Assembly (NCBI GenBank): GCA_051294375.1
Contig: CM119268.1
Location: 21,321,385 to 21,385,384, forward strand
DNA length: 64,000 bases
Direction: 5' to 3'
Source: Paraspadella gotoi
Lineage: Eukaryota; Animalia; Chaetognatha
This document shows positions 1 through 14,698 of the stretch, in pieces. Each line of letters opens with the position of its first letter. The first letter of the stretch is position 1. Under the pieces are notes generated by a model. That model saw only the letters and a program-made list of their open reading frames with translations. It ran no database searches and was not told where the DNA came from. Position numbers and translations under genes: made by a program.

Positions 1-1731
1 CATTTTTGGTGATTTTCCTCGAGGGTGAAGGTGAAGTTTCGGAAGCAGATTTGGGAGGAGGAGGAGGAGGAGGAGGAGGAGGAGGAGGAGGAGAAGAAGG
101 AGAGGAGTTAAGGAAAGAGAGACGAAAGAGAAGAAAGAGGGAGCGAAGGTGGGAAGAGAGATGTGGAGAAAGGAAAAGAGGAAGAGAGAGAGAGAGGAAA
201 GGAATAGAAAAGAAAGAGGAAAGAAAGAGGGAAAGAGAGAGAAGCAAAAAGGAAGAGTTAAAATGATTTATTGTCTAGAATATATGGATGGAAGGTTTGT
301 TATAAATTGGTTCGATAGTAGTTAATAATGTATTTACAAAGATAGTAGTTTATAATTTTAAAATTGTTATCAAACTTGATTAGTTTAAAAAGGGCAGTTT
401 ACTTGAGTATAAATTTTCTCCGTCTTCTCTAGAAAATCAAAAGGGAAAAACTTCTTGTTCGAAAAAGACTTCTAGAAATAAGCTAGAAAAAGAAAAGAAA
501 GAAAGAATGAAAAAAAAGAAGGAAGAAATGAAAAGAAAGAAATAAGAAATGCAAGAAAGAAAGAAAGCAAGAAAACAAGAAAACAAGAAAGCAAGAAAGC
601 AAGAAAGAAAAAAACGAAAAAAAAGCCATAACGCTGAAAGAAAAATCGCTTTCTGTTTTTTTCTAAATTTTTTACGAGCAAAGGAAAGGGAGGAAATTTT
701 CGGAAGGAGAAAAGAAGAAAAAGAAGGAAGTAGACAGAAAATAAAAAAGAAGAAGAAAGAAGAAAAAAAGATTATGAATGAAAAAAAGGAGAGGAAATAA
801 AAGGGAAAATATGTTTGTACAGTTTGATTAAACTGGTTTCAGTCAGTACAGTCCTCCACTGCCTTTTTATTGTGGATCATTCCACTTTCGACTCTCGTGT
901 TTTAAAGCGAAGTGAGGAATCACAAAAAAAGCTTAGATCCGAAATTGCGCGTGTAAACTGTTCGCGTGTGAGAGACTCAAAAAGTGAGACAACATGAAAT
1001 GGAATAATTAAATTATGGAACGAAAGTAAAGAAGGAAACTGAGGAGGAAAAAAGAAAGAAAAAAAAAGAAAGAATTATTTATGTTAATGTTATGTTAATT
1101 AATATCGAACGATTAATTTCTAACGCCGTAACATGTTTCGGTTAATGTTTTTTTTACGATCTTGTCATCAGTAATGAAGGATGTGAATAAAGAAAATTAG
1201 AAAACAATTTAAAAAATGAGGAAATTGAAAAGGAAAATTTAAAAAGAAGAATAAATAGAGAGAAAAAGGAAAGGGGCCTCTCGAGTGAGACGAGCATCCA
1301 GACGTCGCCTCTTTCGACTGCTTAACGTAGGTTTCACGAAGAAGAAGATATTTTTTGTTGTAATAATGAAATTTTATTGGACAAATATTTCAGTCCACCG
1401 GAAACCCGTAAAAACGGGGTTCGAAAACAGGCGAACGTTTTATTGTTTGAGTCTTAAAACAGAACTAAAAATTCTGGTTCAATCTCTCCAAAAATTGAGT
1501 ACGACCAGAAAAAATAGCGGTAACAAAATGACCGGACGACTAAAAACTCGGTCGAAACGAGATTGACCATAAAATTATTAAGGGAGAGAAAAAACGATGT
1601 ACTATTTTCTACAATATTCTTTTTGTTTTGTTTCCAAAGTTAAGAAGCTAATAAAAAATATTTATGTAATAAGAACATTCTTTGATGCATATTATCATAT
1701 TATTCTATGAATAAAACAACAACAAAAAATC

Positions 1732-1762
<31 letters not shown>

Positions 1763-2802
1763 AGAGTTTTCGCCATTTTTCTCTCTTTCTCTTCTTTCTC
1801 ATTAATCAATTCGCCAGTCAGCACTTGCCACATCCACGCGGCGCCACTACGTACCATGCGGCGCCACGAGCTTTCCAGGCGGCGTCTCAAAACCCCCACG
1901 GCGCCGATTTACCCTAAGGAGCGCCGGAATGCCTCCGGCGACGCCTGGTGCCGAGTTCTCGAAACGACTCGCTCTCTATCGTTGCCGACCAAGACGGAAA
2001 CTAGTAAACTAGGTTTTTTCCCTAACAAAAGACGAAATAATAAAGAAAACGACAACAAAAAAAACCAAAAAAAAAACTGGATTTACGAGCGAAGGTAAAC
2101 AACATAAGACATCCACGGTCATTCATTTTTTTTCCTTTTTCATCCGCTAGGGGCGCTATTGGCGCTATTAGCTTCCGGGTTCTCCTTTCCTCTTCGGCTT
2201 TTTATTTTTCGTTTAATCGGTTTCGCTATCATTTCTTTCTTTCTTTTCTTTCTTACATTGTTTTTTCTTACTTCCCTATTTGATTTTTATAGTGTTTTTT
2301 TTTCATGAATATTTTCATGAATATTACATTTTCAAGACTTCCAAGTCTTTTTACTATCACTTTATCGTTTGTTTCTTTCAGTTCATTGCGTTTGAAAGAC
2401 AGAAAATAAGTTTTAATTTTTTTACATCATCTATTAATCTATTTAATATCATCTTTAATTCGAGAACAAATATTTGTTCCTCAGCAATCGAAAACAGAGA
2501 AGAGATTCATACTTGATTCATCTTTAATTCAGAAGAGAGAGATTCAGAAAAAAATATGGCGGAAGACAAAAGGAAGAAGAAAAGAATCAGATAAGAAAAA
2601 AAAGAAAGAAAGAAAAAATAAAAGAAAATGAGAGAAAAGATAATGCGCCGAAAATTTTTTTAAAAAGTTAAGAAAAGAAAGAAAAAAAAGAAAAAAAAGA
2701 AAGAAAAAAGTAAACGGGAATCAAAAAGGGAAATCGCGTGGGCGAAGAGAGAAGCGGGGAAAGTCGAGTGAGAATTCAAGCATGAGAGTGAGACAGTGAG
2801 AG

Positions 2803-3570
<768 letters not shown>

Positions 3571-4628
3571 GTCACACGTTAACGGTCAAATTCTTCAATA
3601 AATCTTCCTTATGTGAATTTTTTTGCAACAAAAAGGAATTTGTGCAAAATGAAGAAAAACGATGTGATCGGAAAACGAGACGAGTGGGAGTAATATTGTG
3701 ATAGAGAAAAGAAAAAAAAAGGAAAGAAAATGAGATAGAAAAAAAAAGAAAAGGGAAAGAGGAGGGAAAGAATGAATGAAAAAAGAAAAAATAAAGAAAA
3801 AAGGAGGAAAATAAAAATAAAGAAAAAAAAGTAAATCCTAAAACGTTTACAAAATTTTTACTACAAAATAATCTCTCTCTCTCTCTCTCTCTCTTCTTCT
3901 TCGTCGTCTCTCTCTCTGCTCGGTCTCCTAATCTTTCTCTCTCTCTCTCTCTCTCATTCCCTAGAGAACGTTCCCTCTCTATCAAATTTAGTTTCCTCTT
4001 CAAGTTCCGTTTCCCAGTCAAATTTGGTTTTTCTATTTAGAATCGAATTTCGATCTGAAATCAAATCAAATTATTTTTTTTGATTAAAATATTTAAATTT
4101 TTTTTTTCTACCCAGAAATTCTTTTTTTTACAACATGAATTAATATTATAATAATATTTTATACATGGAAGCGTTTATCTAGTAATCGTTTCTGATTTTA
4201 ACAGGTTTATCGTTTTTATAACGTTATAACGTTTTCTCTTGTTTACACATAATACTTTTTTAACGTTTATAACTTTTCTGAAAGGTTAGTTGTTACTGAT
4301 ACCGTTCCAGTCTTTTTACTGTGTTATTGATACCTTTACTCTTTTTATATTCAATTTTTGTATTTAATTTTGTTAATATCGTTATTGTTAATAATAAAAA
4401 AAACATCAAGTTTGTCGTCCATTCAGAAGCGAAATTGTTTCTTTTGTTGTTTTTTTTATTTTCATCCATTTCTTTACTATTCTTTTTTTCTTTCAAAATT
4501 CCTTTTTTCTTTTCCTCATCTTTTCTTTTTTTTTCTTTTTTCCTTCTTTCTGTTTTTTCTTTGGTTTATGGTTTAGAAGAGATTCTTTATCCGGAAGCAA
4601 CAGATCTCAGTCTTCTTTCTTACCCTAA

Positions 4629-4681
<53 letters not shown>

Positions 4682-4736
4682 CAGAAATAGATAAAGAGAG
4701 AGAAAAAGAGAGAGATATAGAGAGAGATAGAGAGAG

Positions 4737-4775
<39 letters not shown>

Positions 4776-4976
4776 TAGAGAGATAGAGAGAGAAAGAGAG
4801 AGAGAGAGAGAGCGAGAGACATAGACCAAAAGCTCAGGTGCAGTGATAAAATTCTAATGCTTGTGGGCGGAAAAGAATTTTCGATAGATAACGTTAAGAA
4901 GAAAAATAAAATTCTTTAGCTTTTGAAAACAAGGAAATGGCTTCACAATATAAAATAACTGGACTTGAAGACGATG

Positions 4977-5025
<49 letters not shown>

Positions 5026-5522
5026 CGAAATCATTGACAAAAAAATGATGCCAAAAAAAACCAAAATTCTCCACAAAATTGATTTCGTCCTGACAGGAAT
5101 ATTTTGCGGTTCATTCGATGCGATGGGAGGAAAAGAGGGAGGGAGTGAGAAAGGGAGGGGGGAAGGAGGAAGAAGAGAGGGAGGGAGGAATGGAGGAGAG
5201 AGAAGATGGGGAAGAGAAGAGAGAGGGAGGAAGAGAGAAGAAAGGAGATGTAAGGAAAGAGGGGATGGGAAAAAGAAGGAGGGAGTGGGAGATAGAGAAG
5301 GAGGTAGGGAAGGGAGGGGAAGAAGAGATGGAGGGGAGGAAGTGAGAGGAAGTGAGAGGAGAGAAGAAGGAGAGAGATTATGGAAAAAGAGATGGAGGGG
5401 AGGAAGTGAGAGGAAGTGAGAGAGGAGAAGAAGGAAAGAGATTATGGAAAAAGTCGACCTTGTCAACGAAGCGATGAAGTGGAAAGAAAAGAGGAGAACT
5501 CATCCTGGGGAAACATACGGAA

Positions 5523-5618
<96 letters not shown>

Positions 5619-6621
5619 AAAACAAAAAGAAAGAAGAAAAGCTAGAAAAGAAAAAGAATAAAAGAAAACAAAAATTAAAAAAAATAAACTAAAGAAGAAA
5701 TAAAAAATGAATGTAATAAAGAAATAAACCAAAATAAACGTGGAAAATAAAAATAAAAATAGCTAATAAAATTATGAAGCTGTTGACAAGAAAACTGAAG
5801 GGTGTTGAAGGGAAAAAAAACAGAGGCGTCAGAAAAAGAAAACAAAAATAAAACGAAAAAAAAAGAAAAAAACGACAACAAAAAATTACGAAAAGACATC
5901 AACAAATATTTCACCCTTAGTTTTTTTTTCTGTCGACAATATCGTAGTCGCCCTCGTCGTCATCTTCGTCGTCCTTTTTTCGTCGTCGTCGTCGTCTTCG
6001 TCGTCGTCTTCATCGTCTTAATCGTTTATCAAAGGGAGGATTTCTTTTAGCGACGCGAGCGAAAAAAAACCAAAAAAAAACAAAAAGACCAACAGGACTA
6101 TATGAAATATGAAATATCACTACGAAAGAGGAATCAAAGATCGACTCTTGCATGAAAATCAGAATCACTATGAATACGTAATTCAGTAATCACTACGAAA
6201 CAGTAAACTATATCGTCTCACCAATAAATAAAGCAAAAGATAATTTAAAACTCTTGAAAAAAAAACATTGGACGCAATAATCACTTCAATTAATAATCAG
6301 GAAAAAAAAGCGGTACTACATTTTTTTTTCGCTTTCAACCATTTTCTTTCAGTTTCTCTTATTTCTCCTCCTCATCCTCCTCCTCCTCCTCCTCCTCCTC
6401 ATTTCTTTTTTCTTCTCCATCTCTTTCTTGTCAAAGAGAATCATGATTAGGCTTCTTGACGAAAGTTGACAACCTTTAAAAACTTTATCACGTTTCACTG
6501 TTCAGCTGTTGATAAATTTAATGATCCTTATTCTGTAATGATGATGAAGATAATGATGATGATGATGATGATGCTGATGATGATAATGTAGATGATGATG
6601 ATGATGATGATGACGATGATA

Positions 6622-6660
<39 letters not shown>

Positions 6661-7714
6661 ATGATTATGATAATGGTTATGCATAGTATGATGATGATGA
6701 TTCTAATACCTTTACTTTTTCCTTTTCTGATGATGATGATGATAATTACTCTGACTGCGCAACTAATGTAGTTTTTTTTTCAAGATTTTATTGAATATCT
6801 AAGTATTTGGTTTTCTAAAAGTAGAATGATCAAAGAAATTAGTAAATTTGAATTGTAAAACCAAAAAAAAGAAACAAAAGAAATTTAAAAACAAGAAAAA
6901 ATCGAGGAAAAACAAAAGACTATTCAAACAAATAAAGTTTAGACAAACGAAATCAAACAAGAGAGGAAAAATAAAAACAAAAGAAAAAAAGAAGAGAGAT
7001 GGGGAAAAGAAAAGGAGGTAAGAGAAGAAAAGAAGAGAGATGGGGAAAAGAAAAGGAGGTAAGAGAAGAAAAGAAGAAAAGAAGAAAAAAAAGAAAAGAG
7101 AACAAAAAATAAGAGAGAAAAGAAAAGAAGAGAAAGAAAAGAAGAGAGAAAAAAAATAGAGAAAAGAAAAGAAGAGAATAAATAAAAGAAAAGAGAAAAG
7201 AAAAGAAGAGAAAGAAAAGAAGAGAGAAAAGAAAAGAAGAGAGAGAAAAGAAAAAAAAGAGAAAAGAAAAGAAGAGAAAGAAAAAAAGAAAAGAAGAGAG
7301 AAAATAAAAGAAGAGAGAAAAGAAAAGAAGAGAGAAAAGAAAAGAAAGAAAAGAGGAAAAGAAGAGACATTACCGGAACCGGTTTAACTCAGCCAAACAA
7401 AATGGCGTCGAAACGAAGAAAAAAAAAACTCGTCCAAAAAAAAATTTAAACTTCGCCTTTAAGGTTTCGCCTTCAGGAAATCCTAAATCTTTAAAGAATA
7501 AAAGACTAGATTCCGATGTGTGTGAAAAGAAAGTCACTGCGGGGCAACACATTTCAATTACCGTTCTTGTTTCTCCATTTTTTTTCTTTTCTTCTTTCGA
7601 CTTTAAATTCTGTCCCTCGGTGGACCAAACTTACGCAAACTAAATCAGGGAATCACAGAAAAGGAGAGGGAGAGAGAAAGAAAGAGAGAGAAAGAGAGAG
7701 AAAGAAAGAGAGAG

Positions 7715-7768
<54 letters not shown>

Positions 7769-7991
7769 GAAGAAAAAACGATTTGTATTTTCCTAATCTA
7801 CATATTATTTCCTCCAGAAAAGTTACTGACCTCAATCAAAGAATTTTAGTACGGCCAAAAAAATAAATAAACTAAATCCTTCCCCTTTACCCCACTAGTT
7901 CCTTCCTCTCTTTTCTCCCTCTACCCCACTAATTCTTTCCTCTCTTTTCTCCTTCTACCCCACTAATTCCTTCCTCTTTTTTTCCCCACAG

Positions 7992-8109
7992 AACTTCGCG
8001 CTCAACTTCGCTCGCGAGTGGGACGAGAGAACCGACCCTCCACCCGTGATGGCCGAGCGATGGTACAAATACTACGTTGGCTACGGACTCTTGGTTTTTG
8101 CAGTTTTGG
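7992..8109 (+). CDS. Peptide GPCR (FMRFamide/sex-peptide receptor-like), first recognisable exon: N-terminus and start of TM1
   Basis: Polypyrimidine tract plus cacag acceptor; translates NFALNFAREWDERTDPPPVMAERWYKYYVGYGLLVFAVLG; donor g|gtgagt is phase 1 and matches the next exon (VLG|ILGHTL). Upstream exon and start codon not identified. Confidence 0.8.
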
Positions 8110-8740
8110 GTGAGTCGCAAATGTGAACAAAAGAGTGAGGAATTTGTGAGGTGAGAGCTCTGGTTTGGCGTGAAATTATCGACTTAAGTGAGATAGAAAG
8201 AATTTAAAGAAGAGTGAAGAAAGGAGACTGTGAGAGTATTGATTGTAAGCTGCTATGTCATTATCTTGTAAGAGTGATGGAAGCTCTAATCCGCCAAAAC
8301 CAGTCCAAAGTCAGGAGCAAGTTAGCTTATTAATTAAATGAATGAATACTTTTTATATTGGTTGTACCAATTTAATAAATAAACTCAATTATATCATATT
8401 TATAATTATGATAACGAACGCCGACTTGATAAACGACATCATAATTAAAAGGTATTGATAGAAATATTAAACATTACACATTAAACAGCCATAAAAACAA
8501 CGCAGAGAATGGGAAAAAACATAAAAAAACAACAAAAAAACATAAAACATAAAGAATTATCTCATTGACGTCATTTCCTTTTGATTTTTGATGCGGCAAC
8601 CAAATATAATTATTATGGTTTCGCAATTTTTTTTAGCTCTTTTTAGCTTTCTTTTCTTTTTTTTTAGTTTTAGTTTTTTCGTTATCTCTTCTTTCTTTCT
8701 CTCTCTCTCTCTCATTCTTTCTCTCTGTCTNNNNNNNNNN

Positions 8741-8970
8741 TCTTAAGTGATTTAAAAAAAAATACTGAGGCAGCTAATTCAAAAGTAAAAGAAAAGAAAA
8801 GAAAAGAAAAGTCTTAAGAGATTTCAAAAAATACATAAGCAGCTAATTCAAAAGTAAAAGAAAAGAAAAGAAAAGAAAATTCTTAAGAGATTTCAAAAAA
8901 TACATAAGCAGCTAATTCAAAAGTAAAAGAAAAGAAAAGAAAAGAAAAGTCTTAAGTGATTAAAAAAAAT
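8741..8970. repeat. Tandem repeat of about 70 bp, 3 copies
   Basis: Unit tcttaag(a/t)gatt..aaaaaatac..gcagctaattcaaaagtaaaa(gaaaa)n. Confidence 0.9.
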
Positions 8971-9382
8971 ATGTCCTTCCAACTCTAAAGATAAGCTCCT
9001 TCTTTCTTTTTTATCTGACGCCATCTTTGTTTAAAGGAAGAAAGTGAAAAATAAAAACAGAAATAAATGAAATAAAATAAATAAAAAAGAAATAAGGAAA
9101 GAAAAAGATACAAAAAGATATAAATATAGACGACATTTTATTTTTTCATAGTCGAAGTCAATGTCAAGAGACAATGTTTGATTGCTAAAGCATTTTGGTT
9201 TTTTTTTTTCTTCCTTTTGAGAAATATCGGGGTCAATCTTTCATCAAAGCCTCACTTCTTCCTCCTCCTCCTCCTCCTCTTCCTCCTACTCCTCCATGCC
9301 ATGACACTGGCTCTCATCCATTATTCTCTCTCGAAAATTAATCGTGATTTTTTTTACTTCGGAATCCGTTGGTTCGTCTTTG

Positions 9383-9448
<66 letters not shown>

Positions 9449-9662
9449 CATTTTCTGTTTGCCCTTTATAATTATTTACCCTGTTCTCCATGAACTATAC
9501 AAGGATTTATTGTCAATTTCTCCTATTTGATCTTTTTCTCTCCATTGTTTTAACATTTTTTAAATTCTTTTTATCTTCTCCTCTTCCCTCTCCCTCTTCT
9601 CCCTTCTCCCTCTCCTCTCCCTCCCACCCTTCCCTTCCCTCTCCCCTCCCTCCACTGCCCAG

Positions 9663-9837
9663 GTATCCTCGGACACACCCTCTCGCTCGTCGTTCTCTCC
9701 CGCAAAGCGATGTTGATGTCCTCCACATACAATTACCTCCTCGGACTCTCCATCTGCGACATTCTCGTCATCATCTTCCACATGACGGAAATCTCTCCGG
9801 ATCTCATTTACCCCGAGAACGTCGAGCTCTCCGACAG
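9663..9837 (+). CDS. Peptide GPCR exon: TM1-ICL1-TM2
   Basis: cccag acceptor; GILGHTLSLVVLSRKAMLMSSTYNYLLGLSICDILVIIFHMTEISPDLIYPENVELSDR contains the class A LxxxD (D2.50) motif; donor ag|gtcagg, phase 2. Confidence 0.92.
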
Positions 9838-9847
9838 GTCAGGAGAT

Positions 9848-10270
9848 GGGGATGTGGTCACCCGTTTGGGTCAGCTGATCAACTCATTAGGTACCGGGAT
9901 CCATCTCCAATGGTACCTACCCTGCGGGAAGCGTGAGGACGGCCGTAAACTGCCTTGGGGGTCTGGAAAACCCACAAGCCTGGTTTCAAACTCAGAACAC
10001 GTTCCATGGATGCCAGAGGGAACAAAGAGGTTTAGCGCCTTATCAAAGGGACAATTGTCAAACGTTTGAGGTACAGATAAAATTTTATCAAGCAGCACTA
10101 ACCCAATTACCAAGCAAGAGTTTTCCAAGCAGCATTAATCGTAGTGGGTTTCACAAGCTACGCCAACCTTTTTTGAGGGTTTAGAAAGCATAAGCAAGCA
10201 TCGTTTGCCCAGCGAATCCCAGGGACAATCCAACGGGTACATAGTTCCCAGAACCGGGTCACCATTTGCC
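9848..10270. mobile_element. Possible 420-bp TIR element just inside a GPCR intron
   Basis: gtggtcacccgtttggg at the left and cccagaaccgggtcaccat at the right form an imperfect inverted repeat; the interior is more GC-rich than the flanks. Confidence 0.4.
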
Positions 10271-11505
10271 AAATAACGACGAAGACTACAACAACAACAA
10301 CAACAAGGATGGAGAATTTTTTCTCTTCACGAAAGCGAAAAGGTTAAAGAGAAGGTCAATCGGTGGAGCAAAATATGGAAGTGTGGGTGGGAGGTGTGGG
10401 TCGATATGTGAGTTTAGATGTGGGCAGAAGCTTTGTTTGAGGTGTGGGTTGAACTGTGAGTTGAGATGTAGTTAGACGATATGGCGTAAGTGAGAGCTAA
10501 TACGTATGAGTTTTGATAAAAATAAAGGAAGATAGGAAAAAGGTAAACAAAGGAAAAAATGAAGCTGAGGAAAAAAAAAACAAAATAAAAAAAGTAAAAG
10601 AACATAAAAATAGTTGGACCCGAAAAACCTCACCTGCCTTCGTTTATTCCGTCTAAGAGAGAAAAAAAATTGTTTCCTCCAGGGATCGAACCCACGACCT
10701 CTTCTTTTCTCGCACATTTCAACAGCAACAACGTAAACCACAACAGTAACCACAACGACAACAACAAAGACAACAACAACAACTCCAAAAAACAAAACCG
10801 ACGAAAAAGAGAAAGAGAGAATTTGAACCTCAAAGCCGAAGGGGCCCATCGATTATTCGCCCAGAGAAAATAAAAGAAAATAGAGAAAATTGGAAAAAGA
10901 AAGAAAATGAGAAATGAATAAGGAATTCCATTACGATTTAATGAATGGAGAGAAAAAAAGTCAGATTCTCATCCTTTACTGGTTCGTGATCATCATTTTC
11001 TCTTTAATCACTTCTTCACAGAATCATCTTTTTCTCACAGAACATCACTTTTCTTGGACAAAGTTGGTAATTGAGCTCCTTCACGACCACCAACTCTTTA
11101 TACAGTCAAATTTATTCACCTTCATATCTTACCTGATCTACTATGATCCACTTAGTCGGTACATCGGTCCACCCCCCAAAAACTCCAATTACTTATGATT
11201 GGATGGATGGATTGAGATAAGAATTTGTGTGCGGGTAGGGGATTGTATGATCTAGCTGCATATAAAGTTTCGATGGAAAAGAGTTTAAATGGAAAAAAAC
11301 AATGTTCACATTTATTTAAATTCTTTTTAAATATTAAAGTTTCTTGCTCTCCCTCTCTTAGTTAAAATGATTGATTGGCTGATTGATCAGTTGACTGAAA
11401 GGTATTATTATTATTTATTATTATTATTATTATATTATTATTATTATTATTATATTATTATTATATTATTATTATTATTATTATATATATATATTATTTT
11501 ATTCT

Positions 11506-11577
<72 letters not shown>

Positions 11578-11816
11578 TCTCGCTCTTGTTCTCTTGCATC
11601 ATTTATCAATTAACAAATGTTGCATTTTTGCATCTTAAATTAGAAGTAATCCTTTCTTTTTCGTTGTTACTATTAATTAGAGAATGACAAAGTTTTGTTT
11701 TGCAACGAATTTTATTTATAGTGAACAGACATGTTTCGACTTGTTTTACAAGTCTTCATCAGCGTTTTGACAGAATGGTTTAAAATTTGTGCATAAGAAG
11801 AGAGAGAAAGAGAGAA

Positions 11817-11851
<35 letters not shown>

Positions 11852-11957
11852 AATAGGGTAAAAGTTTTCCAACAAAGTGGTAGACAGAAATAGTGGTCAG
11901 ATGAGAGGACAGGTCAAGGTGAGGACAGATTGAATAGTTGTGAAAAGAAGTGAAACT

Positions 11958-11993
<36 letters not shown>

Positions 11994-12100
11994 AGGGAAG
12001 ATCATGAATTGACGATCTTGAACTGACGATTGTTTATTATAGATTTTGAATTAAAAATTGGAAATTAAAAAAATTATTTCACAATCTGAAATTCATGAAT

Positions 12101-12303
12101 AGTAAAGGATGAATTAAAAATCTTGAATTGATGTTCTTAAAAAAAATTACAATAAAAAATAAATATTAAAAATAGAATAAAATATTTATATATATATATA
12201 TAATTATATTTTTAAAAATATTTTATTCTATTTTTAATATTTATTTTTTATTGTAATTTTTTTTTAAAAACATCAATTCAAGATTTTTAATTCATCCTTT
12301 ACT
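12101..12303. mobile_element. AT-rich hairpin/MITE with nearly perfect arms of about 85 bp around a (TA)n core
   Basis: agtaaaggatgaattaaaaatcttgaattgatgtt... is mirrored by ...aacatcaattcaagatttttaattcatcctttact. Confidence 0.8.
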
Positions 12304-13673
12304 TTATAATTAATCATCTGATTAGCTGCTTACCGCTTATTTATCGTGAGCTCAAACTTGTTCTCTTAATTTTAAGTAATTTCATACTTTAAATGCACTT
12401 TTTTTCTTTCTAAATTTTTTTTATTCTGGGACCTTCCCGCCTTTGAGTTTCCTGCCTTTTTTTCTCATAGGAAGAATTTAAGACTTCCATATTTTTTCCA
12501 TCAATGACCTCTTTTTTTCTTTCCCCCTTTTTCTCTGTGCCCTTTTTCCATTCATTTTCCCTACCTGGCCTTTTTCTTTCCTCTTTTTCTCTGTGACCAT
12601 CTTTCATTCATTTTCCCACCCTGACCCCACTTTTCTCCTCCCCTCCCTTCACAATCTTTTTTCCCCTCAATGTCCGTGAATCTCGTTTCACGCCGACGAA
12701 ATTAGGGATGAAGTCGAGAGAGGAAAACCCTATCCATCAACGTCGACCCAATAACCCGAGAGGAGGTTTAATATAATCTGAGGCGAACTGTAATAGACAT
12801 CAAATAGGGCGCCTACTTAACAACTTTTGAATCAGAATTACAGAAAGAACTTTTTTTAAAAATCGAAGCAGGATATATATATAATAAATGATGAAAGTCA
12901 ATTATAATCTATTTTACCCCTAATTCTAAACTAAGTCTAAACTTTATAAAAATGTACAAAAAATAGATTAGTAATTTTTTCTTTAACTTTTAAAATATAC
13001 CTCTTTGTTTACCAGTATTCCAGTTTACCTCCAGATACGCAATAAAGAGGCTTTGTAAGATTCTGTATTTTAATTTATAGTAAAAAAAAAGGAAAGAGGA
13101 AGAAACGAAGTAAATCTCGAAAGTTCGTCGATGTCAACCTTATTTCTCTCGTTTTTTCCCGCCTGAACAGTTGGTGCTAATCCCCGATGCGAACGCTGCC
13201 ACCTCAACGCGCGCCTGGGGTCCCCAGGGCCGGGCGAGCAGGCAGCCAGGCAATCAGTCGGCCAGACGACCGAGAGATCAGACGGCCAGGCACTCAGTCG
13301 GCCAGGCGGTCAGGCAGCCAAGCAACAAAGAGGCCAGGCTGTCAGGCGGCCGGTGGGCCAATCGGCCGGGGCAGGCGATCAGGCAAAACGGAGACCAGGC
13401 GACCGAACGACCAAGCGGTTTGAAAAAAAACGAGAAAATCGGTTTGAACCTCATGAGGTTGAATTAGGAAGATTTAGGTCCAGGGGCTTGAAAAGGATGG
13501 GAGAATTTGTTAGGAAGGTAGAAAAAAGAGGTGAGGAAAGGAAAGAAAGAAAAAGGGAAAAAAACAAAAAGAAGGAAAAAGATTAGAAGAGAAAATTAAT
13601 AAGAAAAGAAAAATAATAATAAAAATAAAAAACTAAGTGGGAAAGACAGAAAAGATGGAGAAACTTGGAAAAA

Positions 13674-14698
13674 AGAAGGTAACTGTGGAAAAGAAAAAGT
13701 AACTGTATAGTAAAGAAAGCAACTGTGGTGGGAAGAAAAGAAGGTAACTCGAGAGGAAAGAAGTTCATTGTGGAGAAATGAGGTTACTGTGCAGTAGAAC
13801 GTAGTGAAAGTTACGTACGGAAATTCTAAAAGTCATTTATGAACAACATACCATCAGTGAACATTAATTTGTAAAAAAAAATTAATTTTATGTTTTTTAA
13901 TTTTCGCAGTAGGCTATATTTATATATAGTACTATCCTTATAAAATCGAAAAATTTCAAAATAGGCTTTTCTTAATTTTGATTGCAGATTTGAATTCCTC
14001 ATCAAAAGTTGATAAAAGAAAATATAATTAATTTTTAAAAAATATTTCATTAAGTAGGTTAAAAATTTTAAAAAATATATTAATATATAAAAAATTAATT
14101 TTTATCTTAAAATATAGCTTTTTCTATATTTTGACCCACTTAATGAAGGAATTTTTCAAAATGAGTTATATTTCTTTTTATCAACATTTTATGACGATTC
14201 CAAATCTGCAAAAAAATCTTAGAAAAAACTGTTTTGAAATTGTAAAATTTATTATAAATTTTTTTATTACATAAACGTTCATTAGTATAATGTTGTTCGT
14301 TCCTCACTTTTAGAAATTTAATTAAAGTTAAATTTAGAAATTTTACTACGCCTTACTGTGCAGAATAAAAAGTAACTGTGAGGGAAAAGAAGTTAACTGT
14401 GAATGAAAGAAGTTAACTGGAAGAAAATGTAGGTAACTGTGGAGAAAAAGAAGGTAACTGTGGAGGAAAAGAAGGTCACTGTGCAGAATAGAAGGTAACT
14501 GTGGAGGAAAAGAAGGTCACTGTGCAGAATAGAAGGTAACTGTGGAGGAAAAGAAGGTAACTGTGAATTAAAGAAGTTAACTGGAAGGAAATGTAGGTAA
14601 CCGAAGAACTGAGGAGAAAAAGAAGGTAACTGTGGAGGAAAAGAGGGTCACTGTGCAGAATAGAAGATAACTGTGGAGAAAAAGAAGGTAACTGTGGA
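13674..14698. repeat. Minisatellite of about 21-22 bp (agaaggtaactgtggaggaaa), interrupted by the foldback element and running into a gap
   Basis: Direct reading. Confidence 0.9.
13800..14350. mobile_element. Degenerate foldback/MITE inserted into a minisatellite
   Basis: Ends cgtagtgaaa and tttactacg; internal mirrored blocks tgcagatttg..ttgataaaagaaaatataa..ttcattaagt and acttaatgaa..ttatatttctttttatcaa..caaatctgca. Confidence 0.65.

Noticed and set aside
1135-1172. Hammerhead ribozyme cores (CTGATGA...GAAA) here and at about 36723
   Set aside because: Required stems or the GAAA core are absent.
1780-2170. GC-rich patch as the first GPCR exon or a CTCF site
   Set aside because: No convincing phase-0 donor or signal; the CTCF-like word is one G short of consensus.
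9838-10069. C-terminal part of ORF 9710..10069
   Set aside because: Read-through into the intron past the donor at 9838; the GPCR continues at 21772.
10670-10715. tRNA gene on the minus strand (gggttcgatccc)
   Set aside because: Only a B-box/T-arm fragment; no A-box or cloverleaf.
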